A stretch of DNA of 64,000 bases from an uncultured virus (IMG/VR IMGVR_UViG_2061766007_000968). Its lineage: Duplodnaviria; Heunggongvirae; Uroviricota; Caudoviricetes. The position numbers were made by a program, and so were the translations under genes. Numbering within the stretch: position 1 is the first letter of the stretch; every line of letters begins with the position of its first letter. The stretch covers positions 1 through 64,000 of IMG/VR virus record IMGVR_UViG_2061766007_000968; one strand, 5' to 3'. The notes beneath the pieces were generated by a model. It had not been told where the DNA came from. It ran no database searches and was given only the letters and a program-made list of their open reading frames with translations. Positions 37,434 through 46,651 of this stretch are shown in pieces.

Positions 37434-37607
37434 ATGTTTAAAGAAGCAGAAATTTGGATTAAGTTCGCTTGTGCCGCGATTTCGGCGACCGACGGGCTTT
37501 ATTATGACAAGAAAAGTGTGAAGGATGAGTGCGCTGCGGCCTCCGCTTATGCGGACGAGATGATGGAGCAGTTTTACAAACGGTTCCCTGAGGAGGACGA
37601 ACTATGA
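37434..37607 (+). CDS. Small hypothetical protein (not in the ORF track)
   Basis: MFKEAEIWIKF...AYADEMM...EEDEL*, coupled to the next gene. Confidence 0.55.
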   Translation: MFKEAEIWIKFACAAISATDGLYYDKKSVKDECAAASAYADEMMEQFYKRFPEEDEL

Positions 37608-37819
37608 CAAACAAGGAGCTTGTCGTTAATATGTACGAGCACTTCAAGGAAGAAGCGGCTCTGCATAAAGAGGATCCCGAAAAGTTTGCTGCCGGGACGC
37701 TACAGGCAATGTTGATTTTTGCTTATGACTTGCTCGATAGGATTGAGTGCGCCACTGCAACTCCGTCTGACTGGACAAGGATGAAGGCAGGGATTATTAG
37801 GAATCACGGAGAGCGATGA
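37604..37819 (+). CDS. Hypothetical protein
   Basis: 71 aa, coupled on both sides. Confidence 0.6.
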   Translation: MTNKELVVNMYEHFKEEAALHKEDPEKFAAGTLQAMLIFAYDLLDRIECATATPSDWTRMKAGIIRNHGER

Positions 37820-38544
37820 CAAAGGAAGATAAATGGCTTCGGAAGAGGCTCGGTATGATTACCGCATCGGAACTAGGGGACATAACATCGGCTTCCGGGA
37901 AGATTATCGACAGCAACCTGTCCTACATACGCGCAAAGCGCTGGGAGCGGAAGCACGGATTCTCTCACCCTGTGTCCGCGCGCGCGATGGACATTGGAAA
38001 CGAGCAGGAGCCGATGATTGCAGAGTGGTGCCGGAAAAACCTTGGCATCGGAGAGATCGTTTATAGCAAGGAGTTGCCCGAAATTCCGTTTTGGATCTCC
38101 ACCGACAGCAGGGTGGGTGCATCCCCGGATGCGTTTACGCCAGACAAGCGCATTGTTATCGAGATGAAGACGCTTGTAGGCGCTACATCCATCGAGTTCT
38201 TCGGTGATGACTATACGCCGTATGAGGAGAAGAAACTTGCCGTCTGGAAGGATCATGGCGACCAGATTCTTGGCCAGTTTATCTCGAACTCTGCCGTACA
38301 GGAAATTTGGTTGGTAAAGTATATCTATCAGGACGACGATATAATGGCTGACACGGATTCTCCATTAGCTTCTTGGCGCGGGCTTGTGTTCAAGTTCGAT
38401 CGGAAGGACTATGAGAGTAGCATTGAAGAGATGCGCGAGCGCATTAGGCTCTTCGACGCTATGATTGATGCGCCCATTAACCCATCAGAGTTTAAGAAGG
38501 GCGAGTGGCATATTTTACCGGATGGACAACTCTCAAGGAAATGA
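37816..38544 (+). CDS. YqaJ/lambda-type exonuclease
   Basis: WL.KRLG.ITAS, AM..G..QEP, GASPDA, IEMK. Confidence 0.85.
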   Translation: MTKEDKWLRKRLGMITASELGDITSASGKIIDSNLSYIRAKRWERKHGFSHPVSARAMDIGNEQEPMIAEWCRKNLGIGEIVYSKELPEIPFWISTDSRVGASPDAFTPDKRIVIEMKTLVGATSIEFFGDDYTPYEEKKLAVWKDHGDQILGQFISNSAVQEIWLVKYIYQDDDIMADTDSPLASWRGLVFKFDRKDYESSIEEMRERIRLFDAMIDAPINPSEFKKGEWHILPDGQLSRK

Positions 38545-38697
38545 AATTTAAAAAGAAAGACGGCATTATCTACGACGAGAAAGGAAGAGCGCTTGTAAAG
38601 ACCGTATATTATGGTAAACGCAAGGTTCTTGAAAGGACTCCGACATGTACAATCGGAGAGTATTTCGCCGTTCTGTCTTGGATTTTTGATAAGGAAA

Positions 38698-39309
38698 ATG
38701 GCTAGGCTTCCCCTAAATAGGACTACAGCTCCGCAGGTCATCAGGCTCTTCGACTCGTGCTTCAAGCGCGGGGTTTTGGATGCATGTTCCCAAGATGACG
38801 ACTACGGCGTTAGGGAATGGCTTAACAGGCATAAGACGGACGGATCGTATGGCTTGGTATACGACGACGAGGATTTTGATTGGCGTCGTTGGCGGTTTAC
38901 GATAGAAAGGTGGTGCAGAGAAGACAGGCTGGGGTCTGTCGGGGATACATATATCAATTCGATATATGTTAGGAGAAATAGCCATAATTTTTTGTTTGCA
39001 GTCCTTCCGATGACAATGCGCTTCTATCTGATGGGTGTTGAGGAGTGGCTTGAATATCCGAACCCGTTGGGTATTGAGCGTTTCAAGCACACGAAGAAGA
39101 TCCATTGGAAGCAGATGCCGTCGCATATGGTGAATATGACAACGGCGGACTTTTTGAGTTATCTGCAGGAGTTTGTATACGAAAGGCAGAAGAAGAAACT
39201 CGAAGACGATTTGACGGAGTCGCAGTATGACAGCTTCTCTATTGCTATGTATAAATATACGAGAAAGTATGAGATACCTTACGACGAGCAGGCAGAAGAA
39301 GACATTTAA
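38698..39309 (+). CDS. Hypothetical protein
   Basis: Likely start MARLPLN. Confidence 0.7.
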   Translation: MARLPLNRTTAPQVIRLFDSCFKRGVLDACSQDDDYGVREWLNRHKTDGSYGLVYDDEDFDWRRWRFTIERWCREDRLGSVGDTYINSIYVRRNSHNFLFAVLPMTMRFYLMGVEEWLEYPNPLGIERFKHTKKIHWKQMPSHMVNMTTADFLSYLQEFVYERQKKKLEDDLTESQYDSFSIAMYKYTRKYEIPYDEQAEEDI

Positions 39310-39640
39310 AATCGCGCACATGGATCCCGGCTCATTGCATCTTGATTTCATCATATTGCCCGTCGGGTATTCATACAATTCCGATATAGCAAGCGCGAAG
39401 AAGAGCGACATCCTCCGGCTTGGAGATGGGTCTGAACATGAAATTTTTACAGTTCAGAAGATTCAGACCAAAAAACCTATCGCTGATCTTTTATGTAGGA
39501 TTCGCTACGGGATTACGCTTCGTGGATGTATAATGCGATGGAAGATGAATGCGCGACTAGAGGGGCACGGAGAAAAAGCGATAAGCGAAGACGAATGTTT
39601 ATTAGTAGTATATTCGATTGATGAATACGATAAAGGCTAA
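39269..39640 (+). CDS. Hypothetical protein
   Basis: About 123 aa, overlapping its neighbours. Confidence 0.55.
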   Translation: MRYLTTSRQKKTFKIAHMDPGSLHLDFIILPVGYSYNSDIASAKKSDILRLGDGSEHEIFTVQKIQTKKPIADLLCRIRYGITLRGCIMRWKMNARLEGHGEKAISEDECLLVVYSIDEYDKG

Positions 39641-39908
39641 ATACGCAGAATATGTTCTTGTCCCGAAAGAAGGGCTGTCCGGCATAGAGCCTGGTGCATA
39701 TGAAACGGCAGACGGGAAGACCTGTTTCGCCACATTCATTGCAGGCTGGGATAATCGAGACGGAGTGTACGACGAACAACTCGACCATATCTGTCAAAAG
39801 AGATGGAATTTGCCTTTTTCCTACATCAAGTCTCTTTGGATGGAGAGGTGTTGGGAGATTGAGGGGTATTGGTACTTATTGAATTTAAGGCTTAGTGTAA
39901 CAGGGTAA
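39621..39908 (+). CDS. Hypothetical protein
   Basis: 95 aa. Confidence 0.55.
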   Translation: MNTIKAKYAEYVLVPKEGLSGIEPGAYETADGKTCFATFIAGWDNRDGVYDEQLDHICQKRWNLPFSYIKSLWMERCWEIEGYWYLLNLRLSVTG

Positions 39909-39972
39909 TGGACCGGCCTAAACAACATACCGCTATAATGGCGGAGATCCCGTGAAAGCCGGGGGCCTTTCT

Positions 39973-40071
39973 GGATGGGTACCTCAGATGGTTAGAGGTC
40001 GGGAGGTGGCGAAATTGTGCTGAAATAAGCTCAGCCTTCCGAAGTCGCAGGTTCGAGTCCTGTCCCATCCG
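39973..40071 (+). ncRNA. tRNA-like RNA with an extended anticodon arm
   Basis: Acceptor GGATGGG/CCCATCC, D-arm CCTC-AGATGGTTA-GAGG, T-arm GCAGG-TTCGAGT-CCTGT; 32 nt where a 7-nt anticodon loop belongs. Confidence 0.75.
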
Positions 40072-40100
40072 CGAAATTTGTTTATATCGTAAATTCTTCT

Positions 40101-40210
40101 TATCTTTGCATAAACATTGTGTCGCAGACAATGAGTAGAAATTTAACACCCAGGACGAGTAGTGCAGAGCTGCGACCTCTGCGTGAAAGTTCTGGGATTG
40201 TTTTATAGAG
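40101..40210 (+). promoter_or_regulatory. Promoter plus kissing-loop leader, copy B
   Basis: TATCTTTG; loops GTCGCAG (40121-27) and CTGCGAC (40170-76); AGTAG/TGAA. Confidence 0.8.
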
Positions 40211-40801
40211 ATGGAAGAAATTTGGAAACCAATTGAAGGCTATGAAGGGAGATATGAGGCCGGAAATCTTGGGAACATAAAGAGCCTTAATTACCTTAAC
40301 ACTGGTATGGAAAAGGTAATGAAACCTTATTTGGTTGTGAGTAAGCACGGGAATGTCCCATATCTACAGGTCGATCTCTTTAAAAACGGCATAAGGCGTT
40401 CTCTCAAGGTACATGTTCTTGTATGTTCTGCATTTCATGGCGCACGGCCATCCGATATTGACGGAGACGATCATGTGGAAGCAATGCATTTGAACGGAAA
40501 TTCGTTAGACAACCGCGCGGTTAATCTCGCATGGGGAAGGCACATTGATAATGTCCGCGAGAAGAATTTTGTGGTAAAGCAAGTGGCGGCACAAAAGAAA
40601 AGATGGGAGAACGGAGAGTATGATTACCAAAAGAAGCCAGTAATGCAGTTTACTTTGGAAGGTGTTTTTGTTGCAAAATATGAGTCCGCATCATCCGCTC
40701 AAAGAGAGACGGGATGCAATCAAAGTGATATATCTAAACAGTGTCGCGGAGTAAGAAGATGGCCCGTTGGTGGCTTTAATTGGAAATTTGCTGATAAATA
40801 A
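40211..40801 (+). CDS. NUMOD4-HNH homing endonuclease
   Basis: EEIWKPIEGYEGRYE, VHVLV..AFHG, HLNGNSLDNRAVNLAW. Confidence 0.9.
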   Translation: MEEIWKPIEGYEGRYEAGNLGNIKSLNYLNTGMEKVMKPYLVVSKHGNVPYLQVDLFKNGIRRSLKVHVLVCSAFHGARPSDIDGDDHVEAMHLNGNSLDNRAVNLAWGRHIDNVREKNFVVKQVAAQKKRWENGEYDYQKKPVMQFTLEGVFVAKYESASSAQRETGCNQSDISKQCRGVRRWPVGGFNWKFADK

Positions 40802-40803
40802 TC

Positions 40804-42300
40804 ATGCAGTTACGCGATTATCAAAAGGAAATGCTTTCAGAGGCTCGTGAAGCGCTCAAGAAGTATAAACATATTATTGTTCAAGGGCCAACCGGAATGG
40901 GGAAGGGTGTCCTTATCGGTTCGATGGCATCGATGAGCAAGTATCGTGTATTAATTCTGGCGCATAGCGAGGAAATCCTGAAGCAAGATGCAGGTCACGC
41001 TCGCAAATGGGGTATAGAAGTCGCAGAGGTTTTTGCGAAAACTCGCAAGATGCCCGAGGCTCGCTGTGTTACAATGATGGCTCAGACGCTTCGGCAGAGG
41101 CTGAAGAAAGCGGAGTGGGCGAGATGGTTTGATGAGTTCGGGTTCATTATTTTGGACGAGTGCCACAGGGCCGAATTCGACTTTGTATTTGAGCAGCCAG
41201 GCGCGGACTGCAAATATGTCGTAGGGTTGTCCGCTTCTCCGGCAAGATATGGCCAAATGCGACAGCTCGGCTTGGACTATGGTGCAATCGTCATCGGCCC
41301 GCAGGTTTCCGAATTAATAGATCAAGGGTATCTGTGCAAGTGTCGGCTTTTCTCCTTGGACGCGCCGAACTTGGATGATGTTGAGTGGTCGTATGGACGC
41401 GGGGATTACAATCTCAGCCAGATGGCCGCGAAATTTAAATCAAGGGCGCGGTATGTCGGAGCAGTGGAGAACTACAAGCGCATCTGTCCAGGAGAGAAGA
41501 CTTTGGTGTTCTGCTGCAGCTCAGAGCAGACGATTGAATTGACGAAGGCTTTTTGTGAGGCCGGCATCGATGCCCGCTACTGCCTTTCCGGCGACTTTGA
41601 CGAGGACGACGATTACAGCGGTGATCGAAAGGATGTCGTTGATTCCTTCGCACGAGGAGATTTCCCAGTTTTGGTCAATTTTGGCCTATTCACGACCGGA
41701 ATCGACATTCCGGACATCAAGGTTGTGATGCTGATGTTCTCGACGACATCGCTGGTCAAGTACCTGCAGTGCCTTGGACGTGCCAGTCGGCCGGCTGAGG
41801 GCAAGAACGGAGAATTCATCTGCCTGGACTTTGGGCGCAACTATGAGCGGCTTGGCCGGTACGAGGATGACCGCATATGGTCCGTCTGGCACAATACCGG
41901 CGCTGGCGGCGGCGTCGCGCCTACGAAGGAATGCCCGCAGTGTGGAAGGCTGGTGCCGGTGTCATGGAAGCAGTGCCAGTTTTGCCAGTATGTCTGGCCG
42001 ACGCAGCAGGAAATATACAATGCCGAACTTAACGAAATCGTAGCGAGGGAAGATGAGGAATCTCTAGAATCTTATGTGGCGAGAAAGAAGTTAGAGGGGA
42101 AGTCGAATAACTGGATATTGGTACAGTGCTGCATAAAGAATCCGGATAATCAAAAGGAAGCCTTTATGAGAGCCATTGAGGTGCTAAGAACAAAGCACGG
42201 GGCGAACATCAGCCCGAAGTACTACTTCTTTTTTAAGAAAGAAATCCTAAGCAAGGTCAAGTTCAAGAAAAAAGACGAAGGCCCTTCTTTATTCAAATAA
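40804..42300 (+). CDS. SF2 DEAD/DEAH-like helicase with C-terminal zinc finger
   Basis: LRDYQ, PTGMGKG, DECH, SASP, TGIDIP, Q.LGR..R, CPQC..CQFC. Confidence 0.92.
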   Translation: MQLRDYQKEMLSEAREALKKYKHIIVQGPTGMGKGVLIGSMASMSKYRVLILAHSEEILKQDAGHARKWGIEVAEVFAKTRKMPEARCVTMMAQTLRQRLKKAEWARWFDEFGFIILDECHRAEFDFVFEQPGADCKYVVGLSASPARYGQMRQLGLDYGAIVIGPQVSELIDQGYLCKCRLFSLDAPNLDDVEWSYGRGDYNLSQMAAKFKSRARYVGAVENYKRICPGEKTLVFCCSSEQTIELTKAFCEAGIDARYCLSGDFDEDDDYSGDRKDVVDSFARGDFPVLVNFGLFTTGIDIPDIKVVMLMFSTTSLVKYLQCLGRASRPAEGKNGEFICLDFGRNYERLGRYEDDRIWSVWHNTGAGGGVAPTKECPQCGRLVPVSWKQCQFCQYVWPTQQEIYNAELNEIVAREDEESLESYVARKKLEGKSNNWILVQCCIKNPDNQKEAFMRAIEVLRTKHGANISPKYYFFFKKEILSKVKFKKKDEGPSLFK

Positions 42301-42307
42301 TTCTTCT

Positions 42308-42421
42308 TATCTTTGCATACACACTCGTGTTGCAGACGAGGAAGAGAAATATAAGAGCCCCGAATGAGTAGGAAGGTGCTGCAACCACCTTTTGAAAATT
42401 CGGGGATTCGTTTTTTTTGAT
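42308..42421 (+). promoter_or_regulatory. Promoter plus kissing-loop leader, copy C
   Basis: TATCTTTG; loops GTTGCAG (42329-35) and CTGCAAC (42379-85); AGTAG/TGAA. Confidence 0.8.
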
Positions 42422-43012
42422 ATGGAAGAAATTTGGAAGGATGTAAAGGGGTACGAAGGAGAATATCTGGTTTCAAATCATCAGCGGGTAAAAAGAGTAA
42501 GAGACGGCTATATATTGCAGCCTGTTATATCAACAGCAGGATACAAGGTAATCGGGCTTCGGCACAGACAGTTTCAATTGTCAAGAATTATTGCTACTGC
42601 GTTTATACCGAACCCTGATAATAAACCGCAAATTGACCACATAGATGGAAACCCTTTGAATAATAGTATATCAAATTTGAGGTGGGCAACAAGTAAAGAA
42701 AATATCAATAACCCAATCACGAAAATTCGTCAAAAGGCGGCTATGAGAAAGAAGTGGAAGGATGGAGTTTACGATGGTAATAAACGCAGTATTTTTCAAT
42801 ACACAAAGGCTGGAACTTTTATTAGAGAATGGAATAGCATAAAGGATGCAGCAGACTTTCTCGGTAAAAATAGGGCGACAATTATAAATGCTTTATCTCA
42901 CCCAGATAAGAGAAAGACAATGCATGGATATATCTGGTGCTACGCTGACGACACTAAGCGCATAAAAGAAATCGAATCATTGCGCGAGGACTCCTCGCAG
43001 AAACTGTTTTAG
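42422..43012 (+). CDS. NUMOD4-HNH homing endonuclease
   Basis: EEIWKDVKGYEGEYLVSN, AFIPNP.NKPQIDHIDGNPLNN..SNLRW. Confidence 0.9.
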   Translation: MEEIWKDVKGYEGEYLVSNHQRVKRVRDGYILQPVISTAGYKVIGLRHRQFQLSRIIATAFIPNPDNKPQIDHIDGNPLNNSISNLRWATSKENINNPITKIRQKAAMRKKWKDGVYDGNKRSIFQYTKAGTFIREWNSIKDAADFLGKNRATIINALSHPDKRKTMHGYIWCYADDTKRIKEIESLREDSSQKLF

Positions 43013-43038
43013 GCATATTCTTTGTAGGTCTCCCGGGC

Positions 43039-43749
43039 ATGATACTATCTACTGACAATTACCAGCGCATCTACGACCAGCTTCTGGACGAGCGGGTAAA
43101 GGTGCATTATTATTTGCAAAAGAACGCAAATAAGATGAATAAGCAACTCCGCTCCGCAAAGAGCATACCTGTATGGTATTGCGAAACCATTACGATGCCG
43201 AAGACCAACAACACTTACCTATTGTATTACTATGCTGCGACAAAAGGAGAGGTTGCGACCGGATCTTGTTGGTCTGGCGCGCCGCTTCTCATAAACGACG
43301 AGAACGGACACAGGGTTGCCGTAATGCTCCGAAAGATGACAGAGTCTGATCCGCGCGCCAAAACCGAGACAAAGTACATGTCGCTGCAGGTCTATTCCGG
43401 TCATTTTTTTAGTCGTTACAGAGAGCGGATGAATCTTTCTGCCAGTCTTTCATCTAACGATGTAATAACTGCGTACTTCGGTCGTAATGAGGGTTATTTT
43501 TCAGAATTGGATTATGACAAAATCGTGCTGGAGAAGAACCGACATAAAGGCAACAGCGCATTTGGCATAGATGACGGTGTAACGCTCGCGGAGGTAACGA
43601 GATTGGATGGCGGTCTTGTCGTGTTCAAGCATAACACATTTCTGTCAAGAAGCGAGTTGAAGGACAGCCAAGAGGAGGCGACCCCTTCCAAGGAAATGAT
43701 GAGGACAATGGCTCTTGCGTGGGAATTGAAAGGTATGGCGAAAAAGTAA
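43039..43749 (+). CDS. Hypothetical protein (HFFSRYRER motif)
   Basis: 236 aa. Confidence 0.75.
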   Translation: MILSTDNYQRIYDQLLDERVKVHYYLQKNANKMNKQLRSAKSIPVWYCETITMPKTNNTYLLYYYAATKGEVATGSCWSGAPLLINDENGHRVAVMLRKMTESDPRAKTETKYMSLQVYSGHFFSRYRERMNLSASLSSNDVITAYFGRNEGYFSELDYDKIVLEKNRHKGNSAFGIDDGVTLAEVTRLDGGLVVFKHNTFLSRSELKDSQEEATPSKEMMRTMALAWELKGMAKK

Positions 43750-43912
43750 GGAAGATGACAATTGAAGAATACAAGACCCAGCCATTTAAATATGACGGAG
43801 AGGGAAGACCCGTCCCGATAAGCGAAATCTGGTCAGACCTGTCTCGCCGCGACCGCCGAGAGATGGAACGGCTCGTCAAGAAAGGGAAGAATCCCGATAT
43901 AATGAAGTATTT

Positions 43913-44140
43913 ATGAGTGAACAAGTAAACCACCCATCTCACTACTTGAAGAACGGTAGGGAGTGCATAGATGTAATGATAGAAAAGTTCGGCATCCAGG
44001 CAGTAATTAACTTCTGCGAGTGCAACCAGTTCAAATACGAGTGGCGTGCGGGGCTGAAGGAAGGCAATTCTGCGGAGCAGGATTACCAAAAAGCGGAATG
44101 GTACAAAAGGAAAGCCGCAGAACTTCGCGCTTCAAAATAA
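43913..44140 (+). CDS. DUF3310-like protein
   Basis: VNHPSHY..ECID..KY.WR.G.K..D..KA.WY. Confidence 0.85.
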   Translation: MSEQVNHPSHYLKNGRECIDVMIEKFGIQAVINFCECNQFKYEWRAGLKEGNSAEQDYQKAEWYKRKAAELRASK

Positions 44141-44343
44141 TTTTGCTATCTTTGCAAAAACCGTAATGTTATGGAAAAAGAATGGATTAGCCCGTATGTC
44201 CACCCGAATGTTGGTATGCAGGTAAGGATGTGGATTCGAAACAAGCGCTCCGGAAAGAGTTCTTACAGAAAGGCGACTTGGGACGGAACGCATTGGTCTC
44301 TTGAGAAAATATCAACCGACTACGAGTTGGTGGGTTGGCACGA

Positions 44344-44739
44344 ATGATTATAGAAACTCCAGAGCAGCCGAAAAAGCGCCGGCATTCGCAGCCGGAAATG
44401 AAACTCCAGGCTGAATGCTTTCGCATGGCGTGGAACGATTTTCCTATTACAAGAAAACTTCTTTTTCATGTTGAAAACGAACTGAATTTTGCCGGGGACA
44501 ATTCCATTCGCGGGGCGATTCGCAGATCAGAAGGGATTGTAAAGGGCGTGTCTGACTTGATTCTGCTTATACCACGCCGGGACTGGCACGGTCTAATGAT
44601 CGAACTTAAAACAGAGGATGGCCGGCAGTCACTTGCCCAGAAAGAATGGCAGTCACTTGTCGAGGCGCAGGGATACCGTTACGAAATAATCCGAACTTTG
44701 GATGATTTTCGATCTCTTCTCTGGGATTATCTCGGATAA
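44344..44739 (+). CDS. VRR-NUC nuclease
   Basis: E..LQ, EG..KGVSDL, IELK...GRQS..Q..W. Confidence 0.85.
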   Translation: MIIETPEQPKKRRHSQPEMKLQAECFRMAWNDFPITRKLLFHVENELNFAGDNSIRGAIRRSEGIVKGVSDLILLIPRRDWHGLMIELKTEDGRQSLAQKEWQSLVEAQGYRYEIIRTLDDFRSLLWDYLG

Positions 44740-44757
44740 ATTCTTATCTTTGTCATT

Positions 44758-45369
44758 ATGCCTGGGATTTTACCGATGCGCCCGAAATCGGGCAAATTTG
44801 ACCTCAGACCGGAAGAGATGGATGGTCTGTCGTATTATGTTTTGTCTGGATGTCCCCGTGAGGTAGCATTTCTCAAGTTTATGCGACCAGACTTTATTGG
44901 TTCAAAAGCCCAGACGGTCATCAAGAATGCCGTGTCGCAATTCTTTGCGATGAAGGATGTGAAGGATTACTTGGACGCATATAGGGCAACCATAGAAGAA
45001 TTATTGAGCCCATCTAAAAGGGAGGACAAACCCAGCGGCACTCTTGAGGAGCGGAAGGCGAGGGCAAAGACGAAGATAGTCGAGTTCGCAATGGAGTTGG
45101 CGGACAATATAGAAAACGCAAGTGACAAGGAGTTCGTTTTAAAGATGGCAGACAAGGCCGGACTTCTCGACCAGGAAGAACAGGTCGAAGAGCAGCCTAG
45201 GAGGTATCTCCCTGTAAGCTGCCAGTCCGGGTGCGCGTATAGGATGTTCTGCGAGGAGAGCGCCGATGATATGTGTCAATACTGCAAGTATCACGCATTC
45301 GGAGAGGAGAATGGGGTTCACTTCGAAAAAACAGAAATTCTCGATGTTCCTATTGCTAATTCGGAATAA
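44758..45369 (+). CDS. Hypothetical protein, possible terminase small subunit
   Basis: Helical HTH-like N-terminus and Cys-rich tail (RYLP..C..C.Y); upstream of the large terminase. Confidence 0.45.
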   Translation: MPGILPMRPKSGKFDLRPEEMDGLSYYVLSGCPREVAFLKFMRPDFIGSKAQTVIKNAVSQFFAMKDVKDYLDAYRATIEELLSPSKREDKPSGTLEERKARAKTKIVEFAMELADNIENASDKEFVLKMADKAGLLDQEEQVEEQPRRYLPVSCQSGCAYRMFCEESADDMCQYCKYHAFGEENGVHFEKTEILDVPIANSE

Positions 45370-45374
45370 TTTCG

Positions 45375-45482
45375 TATCTTTGCTTTCGCCAAGTACGAGA
45401 TGGCGAAATGGACACATAGAGGCCCGGATAAGTAGGCGTTTGCTCGTACCACTCGCTGAACATTCGGGCACTTTTTGTAAAA
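45375..45482 (+). promoter_or_regulatory. Promoter plus kissing-loop leader, copy D
   Basis: TATCTTTG; loops GTACGAG (45393-99) and CTCGTAC (45443-49); AGTAG/TGAA. Confidence 0.75.
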
Positions 45483-46257
45483 ATGGGAAAGATAAATGAC
45501 CTTACTGGTCGCAGATTTGGCCGACTTATAGCCCTTGAGTATATGGGGAGAAGAAACGGGAGGACATTGTGGCGGTGCGCGTGTGATTGCGGGAAGGAAA
45601 CTATCGTTGGATATTCCAGTCTTTTGAGCGGTGGCACGCGCTCTTGCGGATGTCTTGAAAAAGAAAATTTAGCATTTATTCAGAAGAATTCAGCCAACCG
45701 GGTATCTGCATCGAAAGATTTTCCCGGAAGTCTTAATAAACATCCCTTATACGGGACATGGTCTAGCATGTTGACTAGGTGCTATAATCAAAACAGCATT
45801 TCATATAGGAATTATGGCGGGCNNNNNNNNNNNNNNNNNNNNNNNNNNNNNNNNNNNGTTTCAGCATTTTGTAGATGATGTGGGAGAAAGACCGTCCTCG
45901 AACCATACGATTGACAGGATAGATGTCAATGGGGATTATTCCCCAGATAATTGTCGGTGGGCAACGGTCGATCAGCAGTCAAACAATAGACGCGACTCTG
46001 TCATTGTTTATTATAATGGAAATAGAGTACCCCTTACGCATGTTTGCACTGCACTTGGCCTGAATTATAGTAGGGTTTCGCATCAGATTCAGAAAGGGTT
46101 TGACATAAATGCGATTGTAGAACATGGCGGAATCGATTTTCGCCGAAAGGGGTTTAGTGGGAACACGGAAAAGTATAAGAATTTTAATAGAAATATTACT
46201 ATCTTTGTTCCACAACTAAACGCTGGCACGGAACTTGAAGAAGAAAATGTCGGATAG
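45483..46257 (+). CDS. HNH-type homing endonuclease (same family as 35347), spans an assembly gap
   Basis: DLTGRRFGRL..CDCG..SCGC..W.SM..RC..YGG [N-run] F..DVGERP..TIDRIDVNGDYSPDNCRWAT; the two track ORFs are one gene. Confidence 0.8.
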
Positions 46258-46333
46258 TTACCATAACTTTGCTTTCGGGCGGTGAGGCTTTCGAAGCGCA
46301 GCCGCCCATTTTGATGAAACTTTTTTATAAAAT

Positions 46334-46651
46334 ATGGAGATTAAAGGAAAAATTACAGCAATCCCGCCGGAAAAGACCGGGGTGTCAACAAGAGGCCCTT
46401 GGCGGAAGGTCTTTATTGTCGTGGAGTACGATGGAGGACAATATCCGAAGCAGGTCATCTTGTCGAACATGAACAAGGCGGAAGATTTTTCTCGGCTGAA
46501 GATCGGAGATGTGTGTACATTCAAGTTTGACGGATCTGTCAACGAAAGGAATGGTAACTACTATATGGATTTGAATTGTTGGTCTTGGAGGCTAGAGTCC
46601 GGTCAGCCGCAGACAGCCCCTCCTGCGCAGGGCGGGAGTCAACCGTTTTAA
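46334..46651 (+). CDS. DUF3127-like OB-fold ssDNA-binding protein
   Basis: MEIKGKI..G.S....W.K..QYPK..L.CW, C-terminal PF. Confidence 0.8.
   Translation: MEIKGKITAIPPEKTGVSTRGPWRKVFIVVEYDGGQYPKQVILSNMNKAEDFSRLKIGDVCTFKFDGSVNERNGNYYMDLNCWSWRLESGQPQTAPPAQGGSQPF

Noticed and set aside
39973..40071. Ordinary decoding tRNA or group I intron-containing tRNA
   Set aside because: No canonical 7-nt anticodon loop at the normal position, and the insert is far too small for a self-splicing intron.
40101..40210. Lysine riboswitch or T-box identity for the kissing-loop leaders
   Set aside because: They share a loop-E motif but are much shorter, lack the lysine five-way junction and the T-box antiterminator sequence, and precede nucleases.
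45814..45878. Frameshift or split in the HNH gene (also at 9317-9326)
   Set aside because: The frame changes coincide with N-runs of uncertain length, so they are assembly artefacts.
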